Origin: Thermodesulfobacteriota bacterium
Lineage (GTDB): Bacteria; Desulfobacterota; Binatia; Bin18
DNA length: 64,000 nt
Assembly: GCA_964291405.2 (NCBI GenBank)
Contig: OZ219926.1
Location: 224,001 to 288,000 of the forward strand
Direction: 5' to 3'
Shown here: piece after piece, positions 62,757 through 64,000 of the stretch
Position numbering within the stretch: position 1 is the first letter of the stretch
How the letters are laid out: each line of letters opens with the position of its first letter
Position numbers and translations under genes: made by a program
The notes under the pieces: model-generated
What the model saw: the letters and a program-made list of their open reading frames with translations, nothing else
What the model was told of the DNA's origin: nothing
The model's database searches: none

Positions 62757-64000
62757 TCAGCCCGCTACTGGCGCAATGGAGGGATAGGGCTGCAAGACCT
62801 CTTTCATTGTTCGTGACTGGTCAAAGAAAGACAGCACCCGCAGCAAGACTTCGTCCACAATGGCATCTGGACAGGACGCCCCACAAGTGAGGGCGATATC
62901 AAGTGGACGGTGTTCGGGCAGCCAGTTCTGCGTAGTCTCGATCTGTTGCCGGTCTAAAACAAAATGGTCGATATGGGACGGGGAGACGATATCCTTTGCA
63001 CCCTGAACGAAATACGTCGGCATGGCCGCCCGACAGAGCTCGACAATATGCGAGGTGTTTGAGGAGTTATACCCGCCGACAACAAGGCCCAGATCGGCCC
63101 CATGCTCAATTAACGCATACGTGGCATGTTGGTTCTCATTCGTCGCATAACACAGGGTGTCGGACGTGTCGGCAAAGGTCTTACTCAGCCGCTCCTCACC
63201 ATAACGGTCGGCCAGGGCCTGACGCAAAATCCGGGCAACCTGCCGTGTTTCGGAAGCCAACATCGTGGTTTGGTTGACGACACCGATCCGTTGCAAATCG
63301 CGCTCAGGGTCGAAACCGTGAGAGCAAGTATGACCGAAGTGCGCAAAGAAAACGTCCGGCTCAAGTCGGCCACGAATAATGTCACCTAAGATATGAGCTT
63401 CTTCGAGATTGAGAACGACGACGGTCGGCGCATTTTGAATACTATGAGAGAAAGTCGCACGGGTTTCCTCATGAGAAGCTTTGCCATGCACGACCACGGT
63501 ATAGCCGCTACTGCCGAGTTGCGCACTCCGTTTCCAGACGCGCTCCACAAACGGACAGGTGGTATTATAGGTATACGGGTCTAATCCGCGTTGGGCTAAG
63601 GCGTCCTGGACCTCCACACTCGCCCCAAAGGCTGGTACGACCACAATATCCTCTGCGGTAAGTTCATCCCAGGCGATCAGGTGTTCGCCCGCGGAGGAAA
63701 AAATAAAGCGCACCCCTCGCTCCTGGAGGTCCTGATTCACTGCGGGGTTGTGGATCATTTCGCTTAAGAAAAAAATCCGCTTGTCGCTATTATCCTGAAG
63801 CGTCTGATACGCGATCTCGACCGCATTCTCCACGCCAAAACAGAAACCAAAATGGCGGGCAAGAATAAAGCGTACCGGGCCAAAGTCGAGCACCGTGGGC
63901 AGTAGGTCCTGCTTACGGGGGTCTTGCAGCTGACGGTGTTTTTTCACCCGGGAAATGATGGGACTTTTATAGAAGTCTGGGATATGAAACTGCCGAGCCA
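62757..64000 (-). CDS. ispH: 4-hydroxy-3-methylbut-2-enyl diphosphate reductase (long form; start codon probably cut by the window edge)
   Basis: FGFCFGV, IHN, TTCPFV, DTLCYAT, VGGYNSSNT, GASCPD. The frame stays open to the edge: (A)TG-ARQFHIPDFYKSPIISRVKK. Confidence 0.94.
   Translation of the reverse strand, partial: ARQFHIPDFYKSPIISRVKKHRQLQDPRKQDLLPTVLDFGPVRFILARHFGFCFGVENAVEIAYQTLQDNSDKRIFFLSEMIHNPAVNQDLQERGVRFIFSSAGEHLIAWDELTAEDIVVVPAFGASVEVQDALAQRGLDPYTYNTTCPFVERVWKRSAQLGSSGYTVVVHGKASHEETRATFSHSIQNAPTVVVLNLEEAHILGDIIRGRLEPDVFFAHFGHTCSHGFDPERDLQRIGVVNQTTMLASETRQVARILRQALADRYGEERLSKTFADTSDTLCYATNENQHATYALIEHGADLGLVVGGYNSSNTSHIVELCRAAMPTYFVQGAKDIVSPSHIDHFVLDRQQIETTQNWLPEHRPLDIALTCGASCPDAIVDEVLLRVLSFFDQSRTMKEVLQPYPSIAPVAG

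Overview
A bacterial chromosomal window made up mostly of core genes. The gene order (sucCD-ndk-rlmN-mtnP-pfkB, tol-pal-ribF-rluD-rho, gap-tpiA-secG-tRNA-Leu) and the many CoA-transferase, LLM and DUF1329 genes suggest a deltaproteobacteria-like lineage, possibly Binatia; this taxonomy is inference only. Bases 1-13 kb are an accessory catabolic-looking block: two DUF1329-like paralogs, a DUF1302-like outer-membrane barrel, four class III CoA-transferases, a Cys-rich TusA fusion, a thermonuclease, and a divergent LLM monooxygenase / metallo-beta-lactamase-fold lactonase pair. Bases 13-43 kb are a long minus-strand core run (gspE-like ATPase, lepB, lepA, sugar-nucleotide enzymes, mtnP, rlmN, ndk, sucDC, mdh, tsaB, rseP-cdsA-uppS-frr-pyrH-tsf-rpsB, rho, rluD, ribF, tol-pal). 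Bases 43-64 kb hold gap-tpiA-secG, two tRNAs, an M16 peptidase, prmA-rsmE-gshB, an acetate permease, a DegQ protease and ispH. I saw no CRISPR array, integrase, transposase, prophage or rRNA, and no unambiguous new system. The best leads are the uptake-plus-CoA catabolic island, an apparent ATC start codon for the UDP-glucuronate decarboxylase, a structured terminator-containing leader ahead of mdh, the Cys-rich TusA fusion, and the absence of dxr from its usual cluster alongside an atypical ispH. All family assignments come from motif recognition by eye; no searches were run.
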